Position numbers and translations under genes: made by a program
Origin: a bacterium
GTDB taxonomy: Bacteria; CLD3; SB21
NCBI GenBank assembly: GCA_019695335.1
Contig: JAIBAF010000002.1
Location: 64,474-128,473 of the forward strand
Direction: 5' to 3'
Length of the DNA: 64,000 bases
Shown here: positions 19,900-29,068 of the stretch, in pieces
Layout: every line of letters begins with the position of its first letter
Numbering within the stretch: position 1 is the stretch's first letter
Notes under the pieces: generated by a model
Seen by the model: only the letters and a program-made list of their open reading frames with translations
What the model was told of the DNA's origin: nothing
Database searches by the model: none

Positions 19900-20125
19900 A
19901 ACAAAACTAAAAGGAGAGTGATGTCCCTTGAAGGTGTGACGTGATTTTAGCAGTTTAACAAATAACTAATTGTTTAACAATGGGGAAAATTATAATGGGA
20001 AGTTTCGTATTACAGTGATCGAGCCAGCAAGCATTGATCATTTATTAGTAATATGAACTTCCCGATATTAAGCTAATGAAAGCCAATAACATTAGCAATT
20101 CCCTGAATCTAAGGAGATTTCAGTC
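19900..20125 (+). promoter_or_regulatory. Conserved precursor-upstream element, copy 1: SD plus 7-codon mini-ORF (19921..19944, MSLEGVT), TATAAT box (19991..19996), 17/16-bp inverted repeat (19997..20063) 62 nt before the precursor ATG
   Basis: About 225 nt repeated with high identity upstream of all three precursor genes; the inverted repeat is GGGAAGTTTCGTATTAC ... GTAATATGAACTTCCC. Confidence 0.6.
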
Positions 20126-20428
20126 ATGGGAAAGAAATTAAAACTCAAACTCGAAGACTTGAAAGTCCAGAGCTTCGTAACGGCAGCCAAATTCATTGTC
20201 GGTGGTTTATTGCCGACCCATCCGGATGCATGCGGTACGAATACTTGCCAGCAATATACTGAGGTTGGTTGTGGTCCTACAATTGGATGTGAGTCAGCCC
20301 AATGCGGCGATACTGTGGGGTGTACCTATGGCGGTGAATATACTCTGTGTGGTTCTATTTGCCAAAATACAGGGAATTGTACAACCGAAGCAACTGCACA
20401 CACAGAATGTTCATGGCAGCAATGTTAA
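20126..20428 (+). CDS. RiPP precursor peptide 1 (100 aa): leader MGKKLKLKLEDLKVQSFVTAAKFIVGG, then a 73-aa core with 11 Cys and 16 Ser/Thr
   Basis: AAGGAG RBS 9 nt upstream; leader shared with two paralogs; GG cleavage motif; next to LanB, LanC and LanT. Confidence 0.8.
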   Translation: MGKKLKLKLEDLKVQSFVTAAKFIVGGLLPTHPDACGTNTCQQYTEVGCGPTIGCESAQCGDTVGCTYGGEYTLCGSICQNTGNCTTEATAHTECSWQQC

Positions 20429-20435
20429 CCAATCT

Positions 20436-20470
20436 GCGAGGTGTGGTAGTACTGCACCTCGCTATTTTTT
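20436..20470 (+). terminator. Rho-independent terminator (GCGAGGTG-loop-CACCTCGC followed by TATTTTTT)
   Basis: 8-bp GC-rich stem plus T-tract 8 nt after the precursor stop. Confidence 0.6.
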
Positions 20471-20509
20471 AACCCATTGGTGTTTCTGTAATACACAGGC
20501 AATAAAGAA

Positions 20510-22459
20510 ATGAAGTTATTAAATTTTCTATTTCTAGCGACTTTACTAATTGGAAGCGATATTGTTGCGCAAAAAAGCAATAATGAGAATTCTAACTACA
20601 AAAAAGTAATCGAACAATTAGATAGTTGTTTTCAAAAAAAATGCCTATCAGTAGACGAGCTAAAAAATTATGCTGCCGCGCATATTCATGAATATAAAAT
20701 CAAACTCATCACTTGGCGCCTTTTCGATAGACTGAGCGATGGGCATTTAAAAAAAGCCGAAAAAGCACTGGATATGGCCTTTCAGATGGATTTAAAAGAT
20801 AATGAGGCTTTGTTTCTTAAGGCCATTCTTGAAAAAGAAAAAGGAAATAATAATGCAGCAGAAATATTTAACAAGTTGATTGACAATGTCAAGAACACTT
20901 ACGGGTTCAAAAAGCCGATAAATGAACTTGCAGAAATATTTTTTGAAGAAGATCGCTATAAGGAGCTAATCGAGCTATTATCAAAATACAAACATGACTC
21001 TGAAAGCTTTGAAATTTTTTTCAATTCTTTGATAGCTGATGGAGATGAAATAAAAACAACAAAAGTTTTTTACGAGATTTTAGAAAACGCCCGAGATTCA
21101 TTATTCATAAATAGTTTTTACATGCAAGCAGAACCCATTGCTGAAAAAGATGAAACTGTAGCTTGGGCAGCTTTGAAATTGCCAAATGCAAAAATTTCTT
21201 TTTTAAAAAAATTCTGGCAAAAGCGAAATCCGACGTTAACTCGCGACAGTAATCCGCGGCTTGTCGAACACTATAAAAGGCTGCAGTACGCTCGACAATT
21301 TTATTATAAATTAGGAAATCCAGGTTATGACGACAGAGGATTGATCTATATTAGACGTGGGAAACCCGACCGATGGTATGTTAATGACGAATTAACAAAT
21401 CTCTCTTGGGTATATGAGGATGATAAAAACCCTGCACATTTCGATTTTGTAAGTTCGGAATTTGGAGAGTATAAATTGGGTAATATCGGTGGTAGTGTTG
21501 TAGATCGAGCGCATCTGCATCCTTTTTATCAAAAAATGGCACAAAAATATTTAATGTGGAATTTGGCAGCATCAAGAGACAAAAAGCGGCTAATGGAAGA
21601 AATCAATCAGCAAATGTCTGCCGAACTTATTCGGATGGAATTTTATGAATCAAAGAAGATATCTTATATTTTTAGTCCCAATACGCCGCATCTTCCTGTC
21701 AATATACGTTTTGCTTCATTTAAGAAAACCATCGATACAACGACACTTGATATTTCTATCGCAATTCCTGTTTCAGAGTTAATATTTCATCAGAATCAAT
21801 CGGAAATAACAGTGCGAATCAAAGCGTTTGACAGCGATTTTGTTGAACAAGAAACTCAAGGTAAAAATTTGACTTTAAGTTCACAATTTAAAAATGAGAT
21901 GCATCTTGTTAGTGCATTTTCGCTGAAATTAAAGCCCAATCGTTATCGTATCGCTTTAGAGGTTGCTAATAATAATGAGGAGAAGCAAGGGATTTATTAT
22001 TTCGATTTAGACGTACGTGATTTTCAAAGCAGAGAATTGATGGTGAGTGACATCGATTGGGCTACGCGAATAGAAAATTTAGACTATTACAGTGGCATAG
22101 TTAAAGAGCATGCAAATGTGAAGATAATTCCATATCCGTTTACCAAGTTCCAACATCATCAGACTCTGTCTTTGTATTACGAAATTTACAACCTGACTTT
22201 AGACAATAATGGCCATTCGCAATACGAAGTAAGCTACAGCATCAACCCCAAGAAGAATTTTTTTGGAAAATTATTCGGTGCTATCAAAAAATCAGTAAAC
22301 ATTACAACTCCCAAGCAAGGGTCCTCGATATTCGAATTTGAATATATCACTTTGGATTTAAGCAACCTAGAAAAAGGCGAGGCTGATTTCATATTGCGAG
22401 TTTACGACAAAATCTCAAAACAGCAGATAGATCATAGGGAAACTGTATTTATTGAGTAA
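20510..22459 (+). CDS. Secreted TPR-like / GWxTD-like domain protein (649 aa), paralog of 29069..31219
   Basis: Signal peptide MKLLNFLFLATLLIGSDIVAQ; central FWQKRNP...YKRLQYARQFYY...PGYDDRGLIYIRRGKPD resembles the GWxTD-domain signature as I remember it, which is uncertain. Confidence 0.5.
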   Translation: MKLLNFLFLATLLIGSDIVAQKSNNENSNYKKVIEQLDSCFQKKCLSVDELKNYAAAHIHEYKIKLITWRLFDRLSDGHLKKAEKALDMAFQMDLKDNEALFLKAILEKEKGNNNAAEIFNKLIDNVKNTYGFKKPINELAEIFFEEDRYKELIELLSKYKHDSESFEIFFNSLIADGDEIKTTKVFYEILENARDSLFINSFYMQAEPIAEKDETVAWAALKLPNAKISFLKKFWQKRNPTLTRDSNPRLVEHYKRLQYARQFYYKLGNPGYDDRGLIYIRRGKPDRWYVNDELTNLSWVYEDDKNPAHFDFVSSEFGEYKLGNIGGSVVDRAHLHPFYQKMAQKYLMWNLAASRDKKRLMEEINQQMSAELIRMEFYESKKISYIFSPNTPHLPVNIRFASFKKTIDTTTLDISIAIPVSELIFHQNQSEITVRIKAFDSDFVEQETQGKNLTLSSQFKNEMHLVSAFSLKLKPNRYRIALEVANNNEEKQGIYYFDLDVRDFQSRELMVSDIDWATRIENLDYYSGIVKEHANVKIIPYPFTKFQHHQTLSLYYEIYNLTLDNNGHSQYEVSYSINPKKNFFGKLFGAIKKSVNITTPKQGSSIFEFEYITLDLSNLEKGEADFILRVYDKISKQQIDHRETVFIE

Positions 22460-22573
22460 ATAATTATCCTATACCGGAAGGCAAGACGACATTAGAAGTC
22501 ACAGTCAAAGACTTGACTTCGAATCAGGAGACGGTATCAAGGCTTGGATTGAATATTAGCAATGACGAAAAAT

Positions 22574-22596
22574 AATGGTTCTGATAAAGAACCATT
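22574..22596 (+). terminator. Hairpin AATGGTTCT-gataa-AGAACCATT downstream of the GWxTD-like gene (no T-tract)
   Basis: 9-bp perfect inverted repeat. Confidence 0.3.
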
Positions 22597-22624
22597 ACAA
22601 CGACAAATGCAAAACTAGTTATAG

Positions 22625-22845
22625 AAAGGAGGATGATGCGTTTTGAAGGTGTAAAGTGATTCACGCAGTTTTAGCTAAAGTAACAATTTTTTTTAACAGC
22701 AGGAAAAATATAAATGGGAAGTTACGTATTACGGTGATCGAGCCAGCAAGCATTGATCATTTATTAGTAATACGAACTCCCCATTGTGAAGCTAATGAAA
22801 ACCAATAACATTAGCAATTCCTGAAAATTCAAGGAGATTTCAGTC
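22625..22845 (+). promoter_or_regulatory. Conserved precursor-upstream element, copy 2: mini-ORF 22633..22659 (MMRFEGVK) and inverted repeat 22716..22782
   Basis: Same architecture and spacing as copy 1 (63 nt from inverted repeat to ATG); TATAAAT box immediately before the repeat. Confidence 0.6.
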
Positions 22846-23130
22846 ATGGGTAAGAAATTAAAACTCAAACTCGAAGACTTGAAAGTACAGAGCTTTGTGA
22901 CGGTAGCCAAGAAACGGATCATGGGAGGCGCTGAGCAGACATTGACCGGTTGTCCTGACCCAACCAATCCTAATCTTGGATGCACTGAGGTTGGGTGCGA
23001 AACGGCGCAAGTCAATTGTACAGGTCCAACTTATACAATTGATTTATGGTGCCAGACAGGTTTGTGTACATACCAGCCATGTCCAAGTCAAGGTTCAGAC
23101 TGCACGATTGATTTAGCCTGTACCTGGTAA
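22846..23130 (+). CDS. RiPP precursor peptide 2 (94 aa): leader MGKKLKLKLEDLKVQSFVTVAKKRIMGG, then a 66-aa core with 9 Cys
   Basis: Shared leader and GG site; the core N-terminus TLTGCPDPTNPNLGCTEVGC is shared with precursor 3. Confidence 0.8.
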   Translation: MGKKLKLKLEDLKVQSFVTVAKKRIMGGAEQTLTGCPDPTNPNLGCTEVGCETAQVNCTGPTYTIDLWCQTGLCTYQPCPSQGSDCTIDLACTW

Positions 23131-23146
23131 ACGGTAATTACAAAAA

Positions 23147-23193
23147 GGAAAGCCTGTGTTCTGAACAGTTGAATTTAAGAGCCGGGCTTTCCC
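23147..23193 (+). terminator. Terminator-like structure (GGAAAGCC...GGCTTTCC with a nested TGTTC-t-GAACA), then an A/T-rich run
   Basis: Inverted repeats read from the sequence 16 nt after the precursor stop; long loop, so low confidence. Confidence 0.35.
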
Positions 23194-23294
23194 ATTATTT
23201 AAAATAAATGAAAAATAATACAATTTGGAACCCGTCGTATTCATATTTTTAGAGTAAACTCAAAGATTGATAAACGGAAGGTCTGTAAAAAAAA

Positions 23295-24269
23295 ATGATT
23301 CAATGGAATGAAAACAGACATTTACTTTTTTTATGTATTCTGTTTTTTTCATGTAGTGAAAAAAACATTTTACAATTAAAAATTGAAAAAATTGGTTATT
23401 GGAAGTTAAGCCCAAAGACTGTTGTCAAATTAAGTTATGATGCAAAACAAATTGCCGTCATTGACAGTGGCCAACTAGTATTGGTTGATATTCATGAGTT
23501 CAAAAATCAAACTCGGTTTATAGATGAATTAGCCATCATAGATGTCTGTTTTTCAAAAGATAACAAATATTTAATAACCCGGGATTCGGTTAGATTTAAT
23601 GTATTCGATAGAGAGCATTTAACGCTGATACATCGAATTGATGTAGATTCTAATAAGCCAGCGTCGAATTTTAGTAATGTAGAAGCTTTTTCAGATACAA
23701 CCATTTATACCTTAGTCGAAAAATTTGAATCGCCTGTTTATCGTAAACGAAGCGACAGGTTTTCATTATCTAAAATTGAGGTTTATGATGTGTTTCATAA
23801 AAAGACTATCGCTGTAATTTCCGACTCAACCGATCGAATTGTTTCGGTTAAAGCAAATTTTAAAACCGGAAAAGCGGTTACACTTTCAAACAACAATCAA
23901 ATCAAAATATGGAACTTTAAAACCAATCAATTGGAAGCAGTGATATCAGAAAACATGTTTTCAATGTATAGACCCATAATCAGCCGCTTGGGGAAGTATA
24001 TCGCCTATTTCGATATTAATAATAATATCACAATTTGGGATATTTCATTGAAAACAAAATTATCCTCATTCCATTTTCAAGAACCCTTCGTGTATAAAAT
24101 TAGTGATAACATTTTTCTTACGGTGACAAGAGGGAGTATTGGCGTGCATGAGATTGCTAAGTCTGAGTTTGATGTGATTGAACTGACCAGCGTTTCTGAA
24201 GGAGGAAATATTTTTTTACAATTTTCGAATAGCACTGTGGAGGCTATGAAAATTTCAAACCAATTTTAA
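23295..24269 (+). CDS. Hypothetical lipoprotein (324 aa), possibly a beta-propeller-like repeat protein
   Basis: Lipobox-like LCILFFSCSEKN; repetitive beta-rich sequence; occupies the slot after precursor 2. Confidence 0.45.
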   Translation: MIQWNENRHLLFLCILFFSCSEKNILQLKIEKIGYWKLSPKTVVKLSYDAKQIAVIDSGQLVLVDIHEFKNQTRFIDELAIIDVCFSKDNKYLITRDSVRFNVFDREHLTLIHRIDVDSNKPASNFSNVEAFSDTTIYTLVEKFESPVYRKRSDRFSLSKIEVYDVFHKKTIAVISDSTDRIVSVKANFKTGKAVTLSNNNQIKIWNFKTNQLEAVISENMFSMYRPIISRLGKYIAYFDINNNITIWDISLKTKLSSFHFQEPFVYKISDNIFLTVTRGSIGVHEIAKSEFDVIELTSVSEGGNIFLQFSNSTVEAMKISNQF

Positions 24270-24287
24270 AATATTAGAGATTTTTTA

Positions 24288-26171
24288 ATGAATCAAACCA
24301 GTAATAACAGTTCTTTAGAACTGGCGAGATTAAGTCGTTCTATTCTAGAAGCAGCGCAAGATGATATTTTCGGTATTAGCTGGAAGACGATGGCTTTACA
24401 AAACAGGATTATCAGTTGGAACACATCTGAAAGTTTATATTCAGGCACCGCGGGCATTGCACTTTTTTTATTAAACTATTATCGGCACTCCGGAAATCAG
24501 GAAAGCATTGAAGCTGTACGTAATGCGGCGAAATGGATCGAGCATCATTGCAAAGAATTGGACAGTGATTATTACGCCTTTTTTACCGGAAGAATGGGCA
24601 TCCCATATTTTTTATTAGAATTGCATAAAGAAATACGCGATGAGAGCTTATTACATTCTGCAATTTCAATTGCCAAAAAAAGCAAAGTAATGTTGGCTTC
24701 AAACCAACATGTATGCGATTTGATCAATGGATTTTCGGGAACCCTGTTAGGGTTATTGCACGTGTATCATGCCACACGTTCAGATGATATCGAAGATTTA
24801 GCCGACAGATTTGCTGAGAAATTGATCGAAGAGTGTTGGGTTGCCGAACATGGAGTCTATTGGGACCGTTCAGAACAAACGATCCGAGGGCTTTGTGGAT
24901 TTTCGCATGGCGCGGCCGGAATCGGTTTCGTTTTTCTTGAACTCGGGCGTTATTTTCAAAACGAAGCTTTTTATTGGTTAGCGAGAGAGGCGTTTAGATA
25001 TGAGAATTGTTATTTCAATGCGCAATGGAACAACTGGCCGGATTTTCGCAAAGGGATTTGGTTTGAAAAAGACGCCGAAGAATTTGAAAAGGCGTACAAA
25101 AGTAATAATATCGATTTTTTTACAACGCCTAGGGATTTCAGCGCCTGGTGCCATGGAGCAGCCGGTATCGGTTTATCGCGTTTGCATGCATGGAAAGTTT
25201 TGGGAGACAAAGAATATTTTCATGATTATGAGAATGCTGTAAAGAAAGTTCGTTCAGTAGATTTAGTATCGCGGCCTCAACGTTCTTTTACTTTGTGTCA
25301 TGGATCGGGCGGCAATGCCGATCTTCTGATTGAAGCCTATCGTTTAACCGGAAATGAGTCATACCTGCAGGATGCTTATCGAATTTCAGAACTGGCGCTT
25401 CAATCAAGGCAGGAAATAGGTAAGTACATCTCAGGGTTTGCTGATGCAGGCAAAGAAGAGGATTTAAGCCTTTTTATGGGGAATGCCGGTATCGGTTATT
25501 TTTATTTAAGATTATTAAATCCGGAGATCAAGTCAATTTTAATGCCCGTTGTTGAAAGTAATGGAGTCAAGCCCAATCCAAAATATAAAACGCTCAACAT
25601 TTCTTTATCGCAATTACAAAAGCGAATGTGCGCGAAAATTTATCGGCGAACGACTTTTTTTATTGAACAATCGTTACCGGAATTTTTCAAAGAAAACAGT
25701 TCTTTGAATTCATGCTTACAGGATATAGAAAAGTTTTCTGTCCAAAATACAGACTCACGGTTAGATGAAGTCTTCAAAATTGAGAAAACAGCCAGAGAAT
25801 TGAATTTAGCTGTCGAAAGTTTTGCTTTACTTGAAGCTGAGAATCAATACCGACCAAAAAATTATGACGGAGATACCAAGTTAAAACTATCGCCAAGAGT
25901 GAGGTTGCTTACTACCAATTCAAATGAATCATCAGAAAAATTCATTGTACTTTATGTTACAATAGAAGGCGTTAAAGAAACGCTTGTTGAACAATTCACT
26001 GGATTAGTTTTATCGGCTTTCAGCGAGCCTTGTTCATCGAAAGCCGCTTTAACTAAAATTTTCGATATGATTGAATCGGAAAACCATCACGAACTCAAAC
26101 AGATCGTGATTCAGCAGATCAATGACGCTTTTTTAGCGGGGATATTAATTATTGCTGACACACATTTTTAA
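24288..26171 (+). CDS. LanC-like lanthipeptide cyclase with a ~210-aa C-terminal extension of unknown function
   Basis: Repeated GxAGI motifs (SGTAGIALFLL, HGAAGIGFVFL, GNAGIGYFYL); zinc-ligand motifs AWCHGAAGIG and LCHGSGGNADLL; 627 aa versus about 410 for canonical LanC. Confidence 0.8.
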   Translation: MNQTSNNSSLELARLSRSILEAAQDDIFGISWKTMALQNRIISWNTSESLYSGTAGIALFLLNYYRHSGNQESIEAVRNAAKWIEHHCKELDSDYYAFFTGRMGIPYFLLELHKEIRDESLLHSAISIAKKSKVMLASNQHVCDLINGFSGTLLGLLHVYHATRSDDIEDLADRFAEKLIEECWVAEHGVYWDRSEQTIRGLCGFSHGAAGIGFVFLELGRYFQNEAFYWLAREAFRYENCYFNAQWNNWPDFRKGIWFEKDAEEFEKAYKSNNIDFFTTPRDFSAWCHGAAGIGLSRLHAWKVLGDKEYFHDYENAVKKVRSVDLVSRPQRSFTLCHGSGGNADLLIEAYRLTGNESYLQDAYRISELALQSRQEIGKYISGFADAGKEEDLSLFMGNAGIGYFYLRLLNPEIKSILMPVVESNGVKPNPKYKTLNISLSQLQKRMCAKIYRRTTFFIEQSLPEFFKENSSLNSCLQDIEKFSVQNTDSRLDEVFKIEKTARELNLAVESFALLEAENQYRPKNYDGDTKLKLSPRVRLLTTNSNESSEKFIVLYVTIEGVKETLVEQFTGLVLSAFSEPCSSKAALTKIFDMIESENHHELKQIVIQQINDAFLAGILIIADTHF

Positions 26172-26177
26172 ATTTAC

Positions 26178-28388
26178 ATGAGCAAACATACAATGATCTT
26201 TAACTTCCCATTTTCAAAACAGCTAGACCGTATGGATTGCGGGCCTACGTGTCTTCGCATGATCGCACGGCACTACGGCAAATCTTACCCCATTCAATAT
26301 CTTCGTGAAAAATGCTTTATTACCAGAGAAGGCTCTTCGCTCCTTGGCATCAGCGATGCAGCCGAATCGATCGGTTTTCGGACGCTATCGATCAAAGTGA
26401 ATTATGAAAAATTAGACGATGACGTACCGCTTCCATGTATCGTCCACTGGAACCAAAACCATTTTGTGGTAGTGTACAAGATAAACCGTAACAAAGTTTA
26501 TGTAGCTGATCCGGCTCACGGGCTTTTGAAGTATAAGAAAGAAGAATTTCTTAAAAGCTGGCTCAGTGTAGAATCGAACGGCCGGCAGGAAGGCGTTGCA
26601 CTTGTGTTGGAGCCTTCTCCCGATTTCTATCATGCCGATGAAGGTGTTACTCAAGACCGGACGAAAATGTCTTTTTTATTGACGTATCTCAAACCGTATA
26701 AAAAATTCTTTGTTCAGATATTTCTCAGCATGCTGATCGGCAGCCTTTTAGGCTTGATCTTTCCTTTTTTGACGCAAGCCATCGTCGATTTTGGAATCAA
26801 TAATCAAAACATCGGATTTGTCTATACGATCTTAATCGCACAACTCATGCTTTTCACCGGCCGTACGGCCGTCGAATTTATCCGAAGCTGGATTTTCCTG
26901 CACATTGGAACACGAATCAACGTGACGATCATTTCGGATTTTTTGATCAAACTGATGAAATTGCCGATGCCATTTTTTGACACCAAAATGATCGGCGATT
27001 TATTGCAGCGCATCGGCGATCACACGCGCATCCAGCAGTTTCTTACTTCCACAACCATCAATTCGTTATTTGCCATCATCAATTTGTTGATCTTCGGCTT
27101 GGTGCTGGCCCTCTATAGCTCATACATTTTTGGCGTGTTTTTTATCGCATCGGTTTTATCCACGTCCTGGATACTTGTTTTCATGAAGAAAAGGAAAGAA
27201 ATCGATTATAAACGATTCAATCAATTATCTCAAAATCAAAGCCAGTTGATCCAATTGATCACCGGTATGCAGGAAATCAAGCTCAATGGAGCGGAAAAAC
27301 AAAAGCGATGGAATTGGGAAAATGTCCAGGCAAAGTTATTCAAAATCAGTGTCAGCTCTCTCACTTTAGATCAAACCCAGCAAGCGGGTATGCTCTTTAT
27401 CAATGAAACGAAAAATATTTTCATATCTTTTCTTGCTGCAAAGGAAGTGATCGACGGCAACATGACTTTGGGCATGATGATGGCCGTGCAATATATCATC
27501 GGCCAATTGAACGCTCCTATCGGGCAATTAATCGGATTTGTTCAGACCGCTCAAGACGCCAAAATCAGTCTTGAACGTATGGGCGAGATTCACAACAAAA
27601 AAAACGAAGAAGACCCTGAGACGGCTGGTTTAAATGCGTTACCAACCGCTCGTACCATCAGTGTGAATAACTTGTCTTTTCAATATGAGGGACCGCATTC
27701 GGAATTTGTTCTCAAAGATATTTCATTAGCCGTACCGGAAGGAAAAGTGACGGCGATCGTTGGAACCAGTGGAAGCGGCAAAACGACGCTGATGAAATTA
27801 TTTTTGAAGTTTTACGAGCCCGTTCAGGGGAATATTTTTTTGGGAGGAATTGATTTACAGAAAATAAGCGCCCGGCTTTGGCGCCAGAAATGCGGTGTGG
27901 TCATTCAAGACGGATTTATTTTCTCGGATACGATTGCCAATAATATCGCTCTCGGGCATGAACGCATCGATCGTCAACGCGTGGAGGAAGCGGCTCATAT
28001 TGCCAATATTGACGATTTTATCGAAACGCTGCCTCTGGGTTACAACACAAAAATCGGTTCGGAAGGACACGGTCTAAGCCAGGGACAAAGGCAGCGGATT
28101 CTGATTGCAAGGGCTGTGTACAAAAATCCGGAATTTATCTTTTTTGATGAAGCGACCAGCGCGTTGGATGCTAATAATGAACGAACAATCATCGATAATC
28201 TGCAAAAATTCTTTCAAGGAAAAACCGTTGTGGTGATTGCCCACCGGCTCAGCACGGTCAAGAACGCCGATCAAATTATCGTTTTGGAAAAAGGCCGGTT
28301 GATCGAGTCGGGAAGCCACTCCGAATTGGCCGACATTCGCGGCGCCTATTTTCATCTCGTGAAAAATCAATTGGAATTGGGAAGTTAA
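26178..28388 (+). CDS. Bacteriocin/lanthipeptide ABC exporter with N-terminal C39 peptidase domain (LanT/SunT type)
   Basis: C39 catalytic region MDCGPTCLRMIARHYGK and the HWNQNHFVVVY His; 6-TM domain; Walker A GTSGSGKTT, signature LSQGQRQRILIARA, Walker B IFFDEATSALD. Confidence 0.9.
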   Translation: MSKHTMIFNFPFSKQLDRMDCGPTCLRMIARHYGKSYPIQYLREKCFITREGSSLLGISDAAESIGFRTLSIKVNYEKLDDDVPLPCIVHWNQNHFVVVYKINRNKVYVADPAHGLLKYKKEEFLKSWLSVESNGRQEGVALVLEPSPDFYHADEGVTQDRTKMSFLLTYLKPYKKFFVQIFLSMLIGSLLGLIFPFLTQAIVDFGINNQNIGFVYTILIAQLMLFTGRTAVEFIRSWIFLHIGTRINVTIISDFLIKLMKLPMPFFDTKMIGDLLQRIGDHTRIQQFLTSTTINSLFAIINLLIFGLVLALYSSYIFGVFFIASVLSTSWILVFMKKRKEIDYKRFNQLSQNQSQLIQLITGMQEIKLNGAEKQKRWNWENVQAKLFKISVSSLTLDQTQQAGMLFINETKNIFISFLAAKEVIDGNMTLGMMMAVQYIIGQLNAPIGQLIGFVQTAQDAKISLERMGEIHNKKNEEDPETAGLNALPTARTISVNNLSFQYEGPHSEFVLKDISLAVPEGKVTAIVGTSGSGKTTLMKLFLKFYEPVQGNIFLGGIDLQKISARLWRQKCGVVIQDGFIFSDTIANNIALGHERIDRQRVEEAAHIANIDDFIETLPLGYNTKIGSEGHGLSQGQRQRILIARAVYKNPEFIFFDEATSALDANNERTIIDNLQKFFQGKTVVVIAHRLSTVKNADQIIVLEKGRLIESGSHSELADIRGAYFHLVKNQLELGS

Positions 28389-28467
28389 ACTCGGGTGTTG
28401 AAAATTGAATTTAGTGAGTAAGTGGTATAGTCTTCGTCAGAGCTATTGACGAAGAAAATAAAAAAAC

Positions 28468-28690
28468 TAAATCTTCGAAAGGAGCGTGATGTCCCTTGAA
28501 GGTGTGAAGTGATTTCAGCAGTTATCATAAACTAATTCATTAACAACGGGGAAAATTATAAAGGGAAGTTACGTATTACCGTGATCGAGCCTCGCTGGGT
28601 TTTGATCATTTAAGTAATACGAACTTCCCGATATTAAGCTAATGAAAACATCTAACATTAGCAATTCCCCGAGAATATTGGAGATTAAAA
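28468..28690 (+). promoter_or_regulatory. Conserved precursor-upstream element, copy 3: mini-ORF 28489..28512 (MSLEGVK) and inverted repeat 28563..28629
   Basis: Same architecture; 61 nt from inverted repeat to ATG; TATAAA box before the repeat. Confidence 0.6.
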
Positions 28691-28999
28691 ATGGGAAAGA
28701 AATTAAAACTCAAACTCGAAGACTTGAAAGTCCAAAGCTTCGTGACATCGTCCAAGAAACAGTTATTAGGGGGCGCAGAACCGACGTTGACAGGCTGTCC
28801 CGATCCAACCAATCCTAATCTTGGCTGTACGGAAGCTGGCTGTCCCACCATGCAAGTTGCGTGTGGTGGTGGAACTGAATTCACATGTACCGGAATCTAT
28901 GATTGCCGGACTGAAGCATGCTCTTATCAACAGTCTGGCTGTGGAACCTGTTATACGGATTGCGCTTGTCAAACAGGCGGCGGAACTGCGTGTTATTAG
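28691..28999 (+). CDS. RiPP precursor peptide 3 (102 aa): leader MGKKLKLKLEDLKVQSFVTSSKKQLLGG, then a 74-aa core with 12 Cys
   Basis: Shared leader and GG site; the core is Cys/Gly/Thr-rich. Confidence 0.8.
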   Translation: MGKKLKLKLEDLKVQSFVTSSKKQLLGGAEPTLTGCPDPTNPNLGCTEAGCPTMQVACGGGTEFTCTGIYDCRTEACSYQQSGCGTCYTDCACQTGGGTACY

Positions 29000-29017
29000 G
29001 TTGCAAATAACTGATAA

Positions 29018-29052
29018 TGGGATTCCATTGCAAAATGGAATCCCACTTTTTA
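29018..29052 (+). terminator. Rho-independent terminator (GGGATTCCATT-gcaaa-AATGGAATCCC followed by ACTTTTTT)
   Basis: 11-bp perfect stem plus T-tract 18 nt after the precursor stop; the next gene starts 17 nt later. Confidence 0.65.
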
Positions 29053-29068
29053 AGGGGTAAATAATTTT

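Noticed and set aside
19997-20063. Possible true base-pair covariation in the precursor-upstream inverted repeat, which would argue for a structured RNA
   Set aside because: Comparing the three copies, the differences produce a G-T wobble in copy 1 and an A-C mismatch in copy 2 rather than compensatory double changes. The repeat is conserved but covariation is not demonstrated.
20196-20513. ORFs in alternative frames overlapping the precursor genes (20196..20513, 28766..28972, 28821..29060, 22764..23015, 28639..28884)
   Set aside because: The precursor frames have RBSs, a shared leader and terminators. The overlapping frames have no such support.
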